This document shows, piece by piece, positions 23,290 to 38,120 of a stretch of DNA of 64,000 bases (within the stretch, counting starts at the first letter, position 1; each line of letters begins with the position of its first letter). The stretch lies in NCBI GenBank assembly GCA_964270895.1, contig OZ185436.1. The stretch is one strand, 5' to 3'. The notes under the pieces were generated by a model that was not told where the DNA came from, made no database searches, and saw nothing but the letters and a program-made list of their open reading frames with translations. Position numbers and translations under genes: made by a program. The stretch comes from Podarcis filfolensis. Its lineage: Eukaryota.

Positions 23290-24010
23290 GCAGTGATTAA
23301 CTCTTAATAGGCTCCAGGGTTTTAGGATGCACAGGCGCTTCCCCCAGAGAGCTCTTTCCAGAGACTCTCAGGTTCAAGGTCAGGATCCTGTTGACGTTCC
23401 TTAAAGAGGTTCTGGCAGTTACTCTTGCCATCATTCCTTGGCAAGGCTCTGTGGAGATGCCTTTTGTGAAGCCTGCCAGGGGGGAAAAGAGAGGTATCAG
23501 GCAATCTTTGGGGATACTAGGGTCTGAGAAGCCCTAGTCGCATCGAGCTACCATTTGGCTTTGCCACCTCCTTTGGGCCAGATTGTAAGAGGCCTTGCAC
23601 TACCCAGAAAAGCTCTGCTGGATGGCATAGAAAGGATGCAATGGAGGCAGCAAAGTATGCCTCCTTTGATGGCTTCACTGCCACTAGGTAGGATCGACGA
23701 TGAGCCCTCACCAGTGTTCAATTGCATTTGTCTGACATTTTCCTCCACTCATGTTTGAGCCATCTATTTCCTCACCCTAAACTCTGGAGTACACCAGGGA
23801 GCTAAGCAGGCCCCACAAAGCAGGCAAGGATGCTCAGGGAAGATCGTGTCAGTGGCCCAAGCCATTCAGATGTTCCAGAGATGAGCCAGGGCTTTGACAG
23901 GGGACCAGTCATATCAGCCAGAAAACGCCCCAGAGCCTTCTGGAAATGCATTGGATAAACCAGCCTGTGAGGGTCCAACAAAAACCCTGAATTTAAAAAA
24001 CACACAAGTT
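23290..24010 (-). mobile_element. Decayed L2-like LINE, ORF2 fragment
   Basis: Minus-strand RAHRRSYLVAVKPSKEAYFAASIAS..PAELFWVVQGLL resembles the linker between endonuclease and RT in L2/CR1-superfamily elements. Confidence 0.55.
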
Positions 24011-27000
24011 AAAAACAATTTAAACCATTTTAATCAATTGGGGCAATAATAACAAAACCCGCTAACCAATACCCCAACCCAAGCGTCTGTTCGGCAGCTT
24101 CCGCTTTTGTAGCTGAGGTTAGTCAGGGCCCCACCCTCCCAGGCCAGCTGGAAAAGGCCTGCAAGGCAGGGAGCAGGTCCCCCAGACTCACAGCCAAGAT
24201 GGACTTACGCCATAAGCTCTCATGGACTACGGTCCACCTTACCAGATGCATGAAGCGTTATCTTGACTTGCAGGTATGGATATACATAGCTGGGTGAGGG
24301 GGACTGCACAGTTTGAGGCCAGAGGGTTATCCTGACAGTTATTCTGATGCTGGTTCTTCGTAAATATTCATCAGTATTACAAGCTGCACTCTTCAGCCTT
24401 TCAATGTGACATTCAAAGAGTACAAGGCAAGGGGACTGTTTTGTGAATAGTCAGCTTTAATCCCAACATGTGACCTGTCCCACACCCTAGGTCTTATTCT
24501 CATTTAGTAACCAACTTTTAATTAAATGACTATGTATCCTATATACTCAACATTACCCATCTTAAGTTCAAAACCATTAAATATATTTTAAATACTTGTG
24601 AGACATTGCTGCTGGGATGACACGTGAGATTGGGTCAAGGGGTGTTGACTACCACATTAAGTGGTCATATCTTTTCTGGTTGGTATCTGATGAATACAAT
24701 CAGCCTTAATTCACATTTCATGTAGATTTTTTTCTTCTTCTGTTAATTTAGATACAGCACGTCTGTATTTGCTGATAGTTTTCTAATTGTGGGGCTTGGA
24801 ATCTTAATGAAGAATGGTCACTGATTGCTTCCATTTATCATGTTTTCCATCTAATCAGAAGTGTAAGGAGAGCATATTATTCAGGAGACTCTCTATGGCA
24901 GAAACCAAGGTGGAACCCAATGTGAGATACTTAAAAGAATTTTATTGTCTGTGAGAAGATGGGATTGATTCCTTAAAAGACTACTGAGGTGATTGGGGCT
25001 ATTTCTTTCTCTTCATGATGCCTCTCCAGGTAAAATGCCTGAATATCACTTAAGCAGAACCTTAGCTTTGAAATTATTCTTCAGTTCCTAATGTGATCAT
25101 TGAGAGGCATTTCACAACTCTTCTTTTGTCATTGAAACCATCATTTACAAAGCGCCTACAATCTCCTAAGTGTTGTACTAAGGGATAACAACATCGGCTC
25201 AGCTAACAGGCTTATGGCGCAAAAGGAATAGAGGAAGAGGAAAAACAAGCAAGTACTGGTACTCATTGTTAAAGTTGCATAAAGTCACAATTGTTGTTGC
25301 AAGCGGGACCCACAGCAACATGTTGCAGGGTGGTTGGATCCTGTTCAGGATGCCAGCCAGCCAACCATGCCTTCTTTCAGGCTACTCCATTCCATTCCAC
25401 AGTCAAGTTAGCATCCCCTGGCCACTAAGCGCACAGTCTTCACTGGGTGTTTTGTGGTTATTTCCCCTAAAGCTTTTTTTTTTTTTTTTGCACTCCTTGT
25501 TTCTTGGTAGCCCTATTTTGGCTACACAGCCACCAGCCATTCTATGCTACCAGCTCTCTATTGATGCATTGCCTGTGCTCTCCATCTCACTCTGGAGCAC
25601 CACGTTTGTGTTTACTGCTTGCTGATGGTGTGCAGCGTTCTAAAAAATTCAGTTTGTTTAATTGTAGCAGATTCACCAACACACTTGTAAGTGCAAGGTA
25701 TCCAAAAAGCCTTAGCTATTTCAACTGAGCAAACAGCTGTGCCACATAAAGGGAATGGCTTCAAAGAGACAAAGGTACAATTTCCTGCCCCATTAGTCAA
25801 TTTAACATTAATGATGTTGCAGAAGTGACTATTTTTGTAAAGAGCATTGTCCAAGGGAAAGGTAGGAGTCTCAGTCTAACCTGTGAGCTTTCCTCGCTTT
25901 TGCACCCATGGAAGAATTCAGGCCTTTTTCACAGCACTTTCACAAATGCAACAGGAAAATGGAGACAGCTGCATCAATAGGAGACTTCCAGGAACCAAAC
26001 CTCAAACCACAAAAGCATATTAAAGAAATGAAGGAGGGATCAGGTAACCTGCTTTGTCAGAAGTCTTGATTTGAATTTGATGGGGTTGGCAGAGCTATTG
26101 GTGAAATTAGAACAAAGAGCCATGAGGTGGTTGAACATTTTCTATTTCCTTCCCTAGCTTTTCCTTCCTTGTGCATGTTATGTTGGCAATCTATTAACAG
26201 TCCAATGGTCACAGTTATATTCTGTGCATATCGCTCCCATGATGAGCAGAAAGCCAGCAGATCCTTTATGTCTCAAAGGCACATAAATCGGAAATCATTT
26301 CACTAGGGTTTAAATCTTCTGATTTATTTATTGCTTTACCTCCTTGTCAATGAGTGATCACAAATTTAAATGTTGGAAATGAATTAATGGGTGCAAGTGT
26401 GCCATAAATATCTCACCTCCCTCAACCAGAGATGTGGCAACTTTATCTGTGGAACTGTCATACCAAGAGAGCCTAGATATATGAGTGTTTTATCTCCCAA
26501 TAAAGGCCGTGCAAATGGTAGCCTCCTGTTATCTCTAAGCAGCCTGTTGACTCACTATTATTTATTTATAAAACATTTCCGATTGCCTTGCTACCCAATA
26601 GGAAATCAAGGTCACAATTCTTAATAAGAACACAATTAAAAAATGAATGAATAAATAAATAGATAAAAAATATACTAAACTACAAAGCCAGTGGATTTTA
26701 GCAATAGCTACTGTGTTAACATATGAATCCTGGATGTGATAACAAAAAAAATCAGTCCTTTAAAAACATTAGGATACCTATCTCCCTAGCTTCTCTAGAC
26801 TCCATCTCTGGTTCCCCCATCTTTAGTCTTCATGTTTGTTCTGTTATTCAGATAACCCCTTATCTCAGGTGAGGGGAACCTTTTGCTCTCCAGATGTTGC
26901 TTAAATTCTTACCATCCCTGGTCATTGGCCATGCTTGCTAGGATTGATGGGAGTTCTACTTCAGCAACATCTAGACAACCAAAAGTTCCCTGACCCCTGC

Positions 27001-30000
27001 CTTATCTCTACTGAATTCTGTGACAAATGCGCATAAGGTTTTTACTCTCCAATGAATTCACACCAGAGGTGGACCAGTTGTCAGTAGACCACATAGCATG
27101 GCTAGCTGGCTTCAGGGGGGGGGGGGGATGTGTGGCAACTCCACCATGTGCCTCTGAATCCATAGAGAAGATCAGCAATGCGGGAGGACTGATGCAGACA
27201 AGCTCCAGTTCTGACTTTTATCTTTCATCAGCTTGGGTGGACTTTATGATGTTCAACGATATGGGAAAAGGTCATGCAAACAATGTAGTTCTTGCAAGGG
27301 GACACCAAGTGGCAAGCTGGAAGCATGACCTTCAGGCCTAATGTTGTCCAGGGAACTCATTTACACATGCAGCAAATACTAACAGTTGGTGGTTAACGTA
27401 GCCAGGTTCCCTTTTAGCCAGGGGTTGATGCAAACACATTTCAAGCCCTGGTTTCTAAACTTGATTGCGACAGCAATCCTGGATATGTTAAGCATGCTTG
27501 CAGCACTGTGTATGTCAGGGGTTGGGGACCTTTTTCAGGCCAAGGACCGCCTTCCCTTGTGGGTCATTTTCTGGAGGTTGCATGTCAGTGTTGGGTTGGT
27601 GCCAGAGGCCAAAGTGGGTGGAGCAGCAAAGGCAACTATTGCTTTGTACAGTAGAGATCGATCCAGCTACACAAAAGTCAGCTTCAATATACTCCTCCCA
27701 CTCACAGCACTTCATCGTCCATCTGCATAAGCAAGAGGCATTATATCAGTGCAAGGACACATTTAAGCCAGGCAACAGCACTTAAGGAGAGATCAGAGCA
27801 GGGCTAGGGAAGGATGTAGAGTTGGGGAAGGAGCTGGGGCCTGGGAAGAGTCTCCAGGGCTGGATAGGGAGCTTGTGGGGGACACATTTTGCCTGCAGGT
27901 CTGAGGTTCCCTGTATCTGGCATACATAATGCTTAATCCAGGCTAAGATGAACAAGGGAATTTATACTGTGATGTGAGGGGGCATGCATTCCAGGGCTAT
28001 TGCTCCTATGGTAAAAGAATATCAAACAGTACTGTTGGGTAACGGAGGATTAATATTTGGAGAAGGAGCCATCTGCATCCTAGTTCACCTGCTAGTTTGC
28101 AAACCATGGTTTGCAAGGAACAACAGCAATGCCTGCACTGGACTTTTAGTTTCTTTTCCATAACTCAAACCATGCTGGTAGCAAGTCTGAACCTCAACAG
28201 CAATGCGGGGCTAACCTTGTTTCACTTTAGTTCTTCCCTATATTCATAATCTGCTTTCCACTGATAGTTAATGAATGTTTTCCTTTATTCCAGTGTATGC
28301 CAATTTAAAACTGCCTATTTGTGAAGCTAAGCTATACACACAAACAAATACAATCTGACTGGGAGGCAGGAAGCCTGGGTTTCAAACTAACCAAGCAGCA
28401 CCCTAGATGACGCCGACTTTCAAGTAATTTGAGCTAAATTCTGAGCCTGTAGCTTTAAGACACTGTTGCACAATACTAATTTTCAATTTATGGTAAATAA
28501 ATTGAGCAACAATTTCCTCTCCAGCTCCCAGGCTGCATCGTGCTGTAACCAGGATTTGACAGGTTTCACGGAGTCACGTAGCCCTCGGAATTTGCATCTT
28601 ATTCCCTGAAAGATTCAAGCCTAACAAAAATAAATGCTAATGCAGGAGCCCGTGTTTGGATTGGTGAAGCAGATAATCTAAGATTAATTACATCTGACAA
28701 TTAGAAAAAGCAACCGTACAATTCCAGTGTCAAACTCTGGTGCAGGGCTAGTAGCTCTGAGCTAAACTGGAGATGGAACTTAATGTCTGTGCCTCTATGA
28801 ACACACATGTTCCTTGGCACCTCCAAGCATCTGCCCAGGGGAGCACCAGTTCCAGACAGAGGAGCAGGACCATGGACAGCTCAGGGTGATGAGCAGGAAT
28901 TCCATGCTACAGTGCAGAGCAGTCAAGCTAGGAAATTGCTCTGGATTTAACTGCGGTCTTAACTCAGCCTTCCCTGACCTGGTGTCCTCCAAATTAAAGC
29001 CAGATTTGGCCAATTGCGGCAATGGTGGAGATGGTGGGAAGAATCTGGGCTTCAACCAGGTCAGGTTGGGCTTCCTGGAGCCATCCCTAAGGGTGTGTGA
29101 ATAGGGGTGAATGCCTCAAGTCTCATGCTGTGCACCTGCCACCAAGAAAATATGGCCAGCAGTCCCTCAGTTTGGCTGGCCCTGCCACCTCCTGCTAACC
29201 AGAGAGGCTGTCCACCTCCACCCTCCAGTAAGGAAAACAGGGAGAGAGAAGGCAGAGGACAAGAAGCAAAAGCAAAATGAAAGGGGGGAGGAGAGAGGTC
29301 ACATCTGCTAAAGTACAGCAAAATGACAAGAGGGGAGGAGCTACCATCATAATCCTGTAGAACAGGGAGAACGGCAGAGGCAAGGAGGATTTTAGCTGCA
29401 TACACACAACATGTGTGCATTTAAAGCACACTTCCCTCCCAAAGAATCCTGGGAACTGTAGTTCACCCCTCACAGAGATTTGATTCTGAGCAACCTGAAC
29501 AAAATACAGTTCCCAGAATTCTTTTGGGCAGGGGAAGTGTGCTTTAAATGTGTGGTATGTATGGAATCACAAAGGTAATGGGATGGTGGGGGGCACACAG
29601 AGTGGTTTGCCCCAGGCCCCTTACTACTCTAGGGAAGCCCTGATTGTGGATCAGGCACAGTTGAAGATCATGGCTTGGAAATCTTGGAGGAAAGGATCTA
29701 CATTTGTTCCTTCTCCCCCCTGCAAAAAACAAACAACCCCCTCCCTCAAAAAAACCCTGCCTTTAGAAGTGACCCACAAATGAAAAATTGATGTTGGAGC
29801 CTGATAGAGATACTTGTCCTTCCCATGTTTAACTTCAGTGTCACATTAGCTCAGCTCGCTGTCAAAACAAGTTCCGTTTTGCTGCTGTCAGCACAGTGGG
29901 TTTAACGTAGCTTAAGAAAAACATCTCACAGTATTCTTTATACTTCATACATCATCTCCAACAAGCCTGATAGCAGAAAACAAGCTGCTACTGTGCAGAT

Positions 30001-30587
30001 CATTACTGGTGATCATGTACACAGGCAGGCCTGATGATGGAAGAATAATGCCTGATTTCTTAAGGTCCATTTTTACCTGCACAAATAAGCAATGAAAAAC
30101 TGTTATTGGGTTGGGTGTAAGAGGCATATGTGAAATGTACAGAACTCACGTCTGTGGGGGGGGGGGGAATGAGCCCAGAATTTCAGCGTTGAGAAGAAAA
30201 TTGTACCAGAAAAGCAGCTTTTGAACGTTGCCACTTCTCTGCTCAGCAGAATGGATTTCAGGCCACACAAGTCAGCTTCCTATTGGACAGATTAGTGATG
30301 CACACAGTATCTTTTTCTGTAAGATTTTATTTTGTAAAAAACAACAACACACACACTGTTTACATCAGTTCTGGAACTGAGATGTCACAAACAGTATGCT
30401 GAGAACTCCTGTAGAAGCAATCCCATTTTATGCTCAGATCCAGAGACTTAAGGGAGAGTGAGTGCAAGAGAGAGGGAGAGAGAATCAACATAGGTTCTGA
30501 ATCATTTTTATAATGTAGGGACATCTCTATTGAAATAACAAAGAAAAATAAAACTTACTTTCATGCAAAGAATAATAATTGCATAAG

Positions 30588-30960
30588 AGGACGTGGGTGG
30601 CGCTGTGATTTAAACCACTGTGCTGCTTGGGCTTGCTGATTGGAAGGTTGGCGGTTTGAGGCACTGCGATGTGGTGAGCTCCCATTGTTCAGTCCCAGCT
30701 CCTGCCAACCTAGCCAGTTCGAAAGCACGTCAAAGTACAAGTAGATAATTAGGTACCACTCCGGCGGGAAGGTAAATGGCATTTCCGTGTGCTGCTCTGG
30801 CTTTGCCAGAAGTGGCTTAGTCATGCTGGCCACATGACCCGGAAAAACTGTCTGTGGAGCAGACAAACGCTGGCTCCCTCTGCCTGTAAAGCGAGATGAG
30901 CCTTGCAACCCCAGAGTCGTTCACGACTGGACTTAAATGCCAGGGGTCCCTTTACCTTTA
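30588..30960 (+). mobile_element. Sauria SINE, full length, more diverged
   Basis: Homologous to 13024-13377, ending ggggtccctttaccttta. No TSD seen. Confidence 0.9.
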
Positions 30961-31155
30961 ACATACTGGCACTGCTGCAGGTGCCACGCAATACTCATTC
31001 CACATTTGTAAGAAATCAAACTTTCACTGTGGCAGCTCCCATGCTTTGGAACTCCCTTCTTATTGACACCAGCCAAATAAGTGCCTTCCCTGTAGTCCTA
31101 GGCTTTATTCCACCTGGTTCAAAGACCCAGTTTGGCACCCTCCCCATGTGCATTT

Positions 31156-31186
<31 letters not shown>

Positions 31187-32805
31187 GGCTGGGAGCCTTA
31201 ATGGCACCCCTCTGGAGGCTTCACCTAGGACATATAAAACCCCAGCTAGCCACCCTCCGCACCCTCGTAGCTGCAGCTCTGCTTTGACGCACCTAAAGCA
31301 AGCTTGAGTGCAAAATCCAAGGACAGAATTCTATTTTGACACTCAAGCGATGGGCGTCTATGAAAAAATCCAGCCCCTCTCCCTTTTAATACACAGCCAT
31401 AGATCCTTCTGTTAGGCATGAGGGTATAAACCATAGTTCTGACATTACACTTTCATGAGCCAACGATGCTAAATGAATACTAAGTATTAGCTGTATGTGC
31501 AGTTCTAGAGTGTGTAAGCCATAGATTTTGAAAGTAATATAAGGAGCAGTCCCTGGATGGAACAAAAAGAGAAAGCCGTTGGCTTAACACTGCACAGGTT
31601 ATTATAAAGTAGAGGATTGCTAATAAACATGAATGATTTATCATATCAGCTCATCTCAATCAATTTGTATTTCCCTCTGAAACTTGGTGGTTAAATAGAG
31701 GCAATAAATCATTCCATTTGACTCTATTCTTCTGCTCTGATCAAGCCCCATTTCTATAAACTTTATTTCTTTCTGCAATCATTTGTGCCAGTGGAGTGCT
31801 TTGAGGAACTAGCAGTTAAGTTCATTTCAAAGGAATGGCCTTGTCCTAAATGATTGCTTGGATGAAAGGCCCTTGATTGCCCATTCCCCAGAACACCTTT
31901 GTTGGCTTCAGCTTTGACCATTAGATATAACGGCTGCAGACAATAGCATCTCAACTCAGGAGAATTGTCCAAGGCCATGGTTCCACAATGCAGGAGAACG
32001 GTCTGGGACCATAAAGAACTGCCCAAGACTGTAGGCAGGACAGCTATTTCCAGTAACCCATGCCTCCATCTTCTTATATCCATTTTCCAATCTTAATGGC
32101 ACAGTGCAAAACAATTAGAAGATCTGGGTGGGAGAAATAACAAAACATCTTCTGGCAAGCTATCTAGGAAAGACGTTTCAGCTGGGCCTTCTCAGAATTT
32201 TACCTTTTTGTTCTCCCCTGCCATTGGTTATTTCCAAACCTATCTCATAACTTCACCCGCATGGAAAACTGTATCTAGCCATTTGTTAGTGTTGAACAAT
32301 TGATTGTACGGTTCTTGTCACTCTCAACCCCTCCTTATGCGTTATCTCCCAGAAAAAAGCTGCCACTGAAACTTAGGTGGCATTTTACACATTGTCAACC
32401 TGACAAGGGTGCGCACTAATCTATACAACCAGCCTCTAAAGAAATGCTAATTTATCCAGCGGAACAGACAAGGGCAACTCCATTCAGTTCTCACCTCTTA
32501 GCAGCACATACAACTATTTCTTAATGGATTTCCTGTACTCACCTCTTGCCAAACATGCTCCTGTTCCGTCTAAGCAAAACACACACAGCGGCTGCGGTGT
32601 TTTCCTCAGATACTCATCAGCAGGCATTTTCCCACCTTTATTTTAAACTGTTAAATCTGTGCCTTGGTCTGTTTTGATCACTTCAGGAAGCATTTAAAAA
32701 GAGTTAGAAGGATGCTGAAGATGCTGCAGAGTGCAATTTACACCCACATATGTGGCCGCTCTCTGCAACACTCAGGTTTCAGGGAGGGGTTTTAATGAAG
32801 GGCTA

Positions 32806-32851
<46 letters not shown>

Positions 32852-34111
32852 TAGAACTAAAACATGTTCTGTAGTCCCCAACTCTCTGTCTCTTCATGCA
32901 CCTTCCTTAGTACGATATGCAGTTATCCATGTTCCTTCCCACTCCATTAGTAAGTCCCGCAGCCATCCCACTCCATTAGATCTTCACAAAGCATATAGTT
33001 AATCTGCAGAATCCATAGCTGATGTGATGATGGCCTCTAGCTTAGGTGTGTTTACAATTCATGGAGGATGGGTGTGTCTATGGCTACCATTCATGATGGC
33101 TTCACTATACGCAATCTCCAGGTTCCATTCCTCTCGGTACCAGTTGCTGGGGAGGGGCACCAAACTGAGGAGGGCTGTTGCTTTCACAGCCTGGGTGGTG
33201 GAACGCCTCCCCTTTCAGCAACTCAGCAGCAGGGCAGGCATTCTGCAGAGCTTTGCCGCAGTGGAGCGGGGCAGTGGAACAGGGGTGCCACCCCTTGCAG
33301 GGTGCCAGCTGAGGCAGTCAACTCACCCCACCTCATGGGCGTGCCAGTTCTGCTCCTGCTCCTTTATGCCCACAGGCATTTCAGCTCTTCTGAAAAGCGC
33401 CTTTGCATGAAGAAGGATGAACTTCTATCAAGCTTAGGTTGCCAGCCCACGAGTGGAAGTGGAGCCTCCATTTTTCAGTGCAGGAAGGCCTCTGAACCCA
33501 TTCTGAACCTTAGTGGCCACAGTAAGTGAGGGAGGAAGACTGTGAAATGACACAGAGGTCCAGGACACGAGGTACAGAAGCAGCAGCCTTACTTGTTTTC
33601 TTGGTTTAAAGAATAGTATGATGAACTTCATCTCTGGGCAAAGACCTGACAACCCTACTTAAAGATGAAAAGGGTAGACTGAATATAATTTTTCCTGAAG
33701 CCAGCTTTTCTGCAGCTCATTTCCCAAGCACCTCAGATCAGATTTGTTTCACTGTTTGGATTTCTGAGGTTGTGTGTGTGTGAGAGAGAGACAATCTCTG
33801 GAGGCATCAGAGATGGCAAATGTTCTGCATTACTAAAACTAACAGTGTGATTAGATGTATTAACACAAGTTAAAAACCACCATACTTACCCAACCGTTTG
33901 GATGTTTCTCTAAATTTTGCTTTTCCGATACTGTAAAAGCTTGCCGTCTTCTCCCTCAAGCCTTTCCGCTATCCATTGTAGAATTGCTCCCATGCCTTCT
34001 TTGAATGAATGTCCTGATCAACACTGGCTGTGCTTCAGAATCTGTTGATCTTCTCAGAAAACAAAAGTTCTGGAGCACCATGGATTTCCTCCACTAACAA
34101 ACTTCTCAATA

Positions 34112-34350
34112 CAGTGGTACCTCGGGCTAAGAACTTAATTCGTTCTGGAGGTCCGTTCTTAACCTGAAACTGTTCTTAAAGGTACCACTTTAGCTTAATG
34201 GGGCCTCCTGCTGCCGCTGCACCGCCAGAGCACAATTTCTGTTCTCATCCTGAAGCAAAGTTCTTAACCCGAGGTACTATTTCTAGGTTAGCAGAGTCTG
34301 TAACCTGAAGCATCTGCAACCTGAAGCGTCTGTAACCCAAGGTACCACTG
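34112..34350. mobile_element. pogo/Tigger-type MITE
   Basis: TIRs cagtggtacctcggg / cccaaggtaccactg, TA TSD. Confidence 0.9.
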
Positions 34351-35244
34351 TATTAGGATCAGGATTAGTTTCATCAGCATATCAGTACGGTAGAGATTGC
34401 TTAAGTAGTTTGATGATGATGACCCTCAGCTCAGTCTATATGAGGTAAAATCAGAAACGTGTCTTGGATTTTCTAAAAAAGAAAGAAAGAAAAGAAAAGA
34501 AAACAGCAAGCTGATCTCATCCACTTGGTACTTCGATATGAGAAATAATGTCTTACAGCACAATTCTAACCATGCATACTCAGAAGTAAGTTCTACTTAC
34601 TTCAGTGGGGCTTGCTCCCAGGTAAGTAGGTTTGGGATTGCAGCCTTGCTGTGTGAGCATACAACGGCTATCGCTGTACATAAACTCCCCTGACAAAGAA
34701 GTCAGCATGGGGTCAGTTTACTGGCTATGCACTAATTTACCCACTTCTCTATTTTTCAGCTACTTGAGACAGAACCTCTTAAAAAAATAGCCCAATTACA
34801 TAGACATGTTCTGGATGCATAGGAACAAAATGTGAAAGTAGGGAGGACATGCCTCTTTTGTTTAATAATGTCCAGCTAAGGTGTGGGGAAGTGGGGAACG
34901 GGCGGCCTTTAAAAAATACCCGAGAACCCTTCGTTCTACTTCCTTATCTCCTCCTCTTGCTCAGGAACATGGACTCTGAGCAGGCAACCTGGCAGGAGCC
35001 GCAGAAGGAAAGGGAGGTCCCTTGCCTCCACTATCAGTCTCTCTCTGTGACCCTGGAGGAACCGGTTGCTGCAGTGGAGAGGCTGGAGGCAGCCGATAAG
35101 CCTCGGCAGGGCGATAGGCATCGGCTGCCTGGTTATCAAGGGAGAACAAATACCAAATAGATTTTGATTTGCTCGTTACAGCTTTTTCATTTATCCAAGG
35201 AAAAAGAAAAGATGGAAAGGGAGGTGGTGTGGGAGAGTTTTATC

Positions 35245-35286
<42 letters not shown>

Positions 35287-35289
35287 TTG

Positions 35290-35297
35290 TGACGTCA
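35290..35297. promoter_or_regulatory. Palindromic CRE site TGACGTCA in a CpG-enriched patch
   Basis: Exact motif with its CpG retained. Function is inferred only. Confidence 0.3.
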
Positions 35298-38082
35298 GAT
35301 CTCTTTGGTGATAGACTCTTAGGGCGAGTGGTTATCCCACATGAAGGCTTTCAAGGAGGCCGCTGCCGCTGCCACCACCAATGAAGGTGTTTGTGGCAGG
35401 CAGCAGCTGCCCAGAGCTTTCATTCTAAAGCCAAAGCTGCTTGTGAGGAGGCTGTCAGGCCGAGGAGTGTGGCAGTGGGAAGGCAAGAGGCACGTTTGCA
35501 ACCCAACACACACTGTATGCTGCATCCAAGTTACATAGCAGGGTTGGCTAATGTGTGCCCCTCCCCCCGATTTGCTGAACTCCAGTTTCCCTGAAAGTTG
35601 GCTATGCTGACTGGAGATGAAGGGAGCTGGAGTACAACTGGAAGGCACTAGGTCTCCCACTCCTGTTAGACATGGTGGAGTAGCGGGCAACTTGCTGCAC
35701 TTCAACTATGCCAGAAAACCAGATTCAAAGGCTGCTGAGCCATGAAGCTCATTGAGTGACTCTGAGTTAATCTCCATCTCATAGCCTGGCCTACCTCCCA
35801 AGGTTGTTGTGATTATACTGTTGTTGTTGTTGTTGTTGTTGTGGATCTATCTGCCTTGCCATAAGCTCCTTATGGGCCCTGAGCTCATTGCAGGAATGGT
35901 GGGGTAAAATTATGCATCAATGTAAGCAAATCAGAGCAAATAGATAGGATTCTAAGAATTGATTTGCTTTAGCTGAGATTTCTACATTGCAGGGGGTTGG
36001 ACTAGATGACCCTTCCAACTCCAAGATTCTATGATCATAACAGGAGGAACTTTGCCAACTTCCATTGAAAATACTGAAGCAGGCAGACAGTGGCTTCTAA
36101 CTGCTATGGAAATCAGAACAATTCAGGGGGAGAAATACTATTAAGACAAAGCTATCTGTAACTGATTGCCTTTGGATACTAAATTCCGTCCCAGAAGACT
36201 GAGCTGTCCTTATCTGACACTTTTCTTAAAAGACTTGAACTCACTTATTAATTTAGTGAAAGCGCTTTCATTTTGATGCATTGTCTGAGTTAATTGATTT
36301 GCTATCAATAACTTGCATTGATTAGGCCTCCAGATCTGGCAGCTGCTAAAGACCAAATGATGCGCATGCACACTCATGCTTGCTTTCAGAGCAGGAGTTC
36401 AAAAGACCAAAATAATTTAAAAACCAGAGGGCAACTTCAAAATGACTGCAAAAAGGTAGATGTCAATTTGTTCCCAGGTGAGGAGGATAAAAGAGCTATG
36501 CATAATTATCTCTGAATACAAATAGGTTGACCCAGCATTGTTAGATAAACTGAAAATTTATTTTGTTATACCAACGTCACTTCACTTCTTTTACAAAATG
36601 AATCCTTCTGTTCCTAGGGTTGCATACCAGAAATTTACATTCACACAATATTTGGATTAAAGCACTCTGTCACCCTAGCTCAACAAATCCACTTTAAAAA
36701 ATGACTCTTTGTAGTTAGGAAAATGATAGGCCGATGCATTGAGAAGCGTGGGATAAATGGGTGATTAATAGGAAGACAAGCATCTCATAAACAAATCAGA
36801 ATGAATAGTCAGTGCCATGAAACCGCCATACAATCAAATCAGAACAATTACTTGATAAAGTCCAGACATTAGGCTGCATACACAACTTACATTTAAAGCA
36901 CATGACTTCCTCCAAATGACAATGGGAACTGTAGTTTACCCTTCATAGAGCTGCAGTTCCCAGCAGCCTTAACAAACTACAGTTCCCAGGATTCTTTGGA
37001 GGGGCACCATGTGCTTTCAATGCACCGTGTCAGTGTGTAAGCAACATGTGCGCTTTGCAGAAGCAAATCAGGACAAACGCTGAATAAATTGGTCATCTGG
37101 AAGAGCCCTGCGTCTTTAATAGCAGTCTGACAAGCAGAGATTTAGTGGGTACAGCTCAGTAAAAACAAAAAGTGGTGGCAAAAGCTTTGCCGGCTAAAAT
37201 CCTACATCAGATTGCTGTTAAATGCACTGGAACATAGCCACCATGGTAAGTGACACACACAGCTTTATCAAGCACTGCTGATGTGAAGTGTTAACTGCGG
37301 TCGGTGGAAGGGCAGAGCTCAGGCGTAGAGCACATGCTTTGCAGGCAAAAAGACCCAGGTTTAATCCCCAGCCCCAAATCCCTGAAAGCCGCTACAAGGG
37401 CGCATCCACACTTCCGCTTGTCCCACCGCTTTGCCTCAGGCAAACCCGCTCTTTACCACCAAATTGGAGCAAACGTCAATTTGGTTTCCTGCAGCGGGGT
37501 CAAACAGAAAACCACTCAGACCCATGCCTAGAAAGCAGAAAACCTTCCAGACCCATGCCTTCTAGGCAAAGTATGGACAAGTCCCAAGTCAACGTAATGC
37601 TTAGCTAGATAAACCAATGGCCTAAGGCAGTCTTGTATGTTTAAAAGGAGAGGGCTAAGGGCAGTTTCAAACACGGCTAGTGAAAAACCCTGCTGTGCAG
37701 TTGCGCTTCACTTACCATTGTGCATCCATGTCAACCTCAAGAATCAAGATTGCCAGGTTTTCAACCAGAGATAGCACGTGTCCCTTTAAACGAGGGGTGG
37801 AGAACCCTGTAGCTCTCCATGTATTTCTGAAGTACAACATCAGCCGTTCTTCACCATTGGCCATGCTGGCTGGAACTGATGGAAGTTGCAGTCCCACAAT
37901 ATCTGGAAGGCTACAGGTTCAAAACTCTGTGGTCACAAGGAAGCAGCAGGAAGGAAATGTGGTCACAAGGAAGCACAAGGAAGCAACTTCATTTATTCTT
38001 TTGCATCTTTTTTACCTGTTGTTAGTCGCTCTGAGCCCGGCTTTGGCTGGGGAGGGCGGGATACAAATAAATAATAATAATA

Positions 38083-38120
<38 letters not shown>

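Noticed and set aside
34849-35160. Protein-coding call for any of the three overlapping ORFs here
   Set aside because: There are competing frames on both strands, no recognisable family and no clear donor site. Kept only as a regulatory or structural finding.
37310-37372. tRNA gene
   Set aside because: It has A- and B-box-like motifs but no complete cloverleaf or acceptor stem. It is better explained as a tRNA-derived SINE head, as are 6960-7020 and 385-437.
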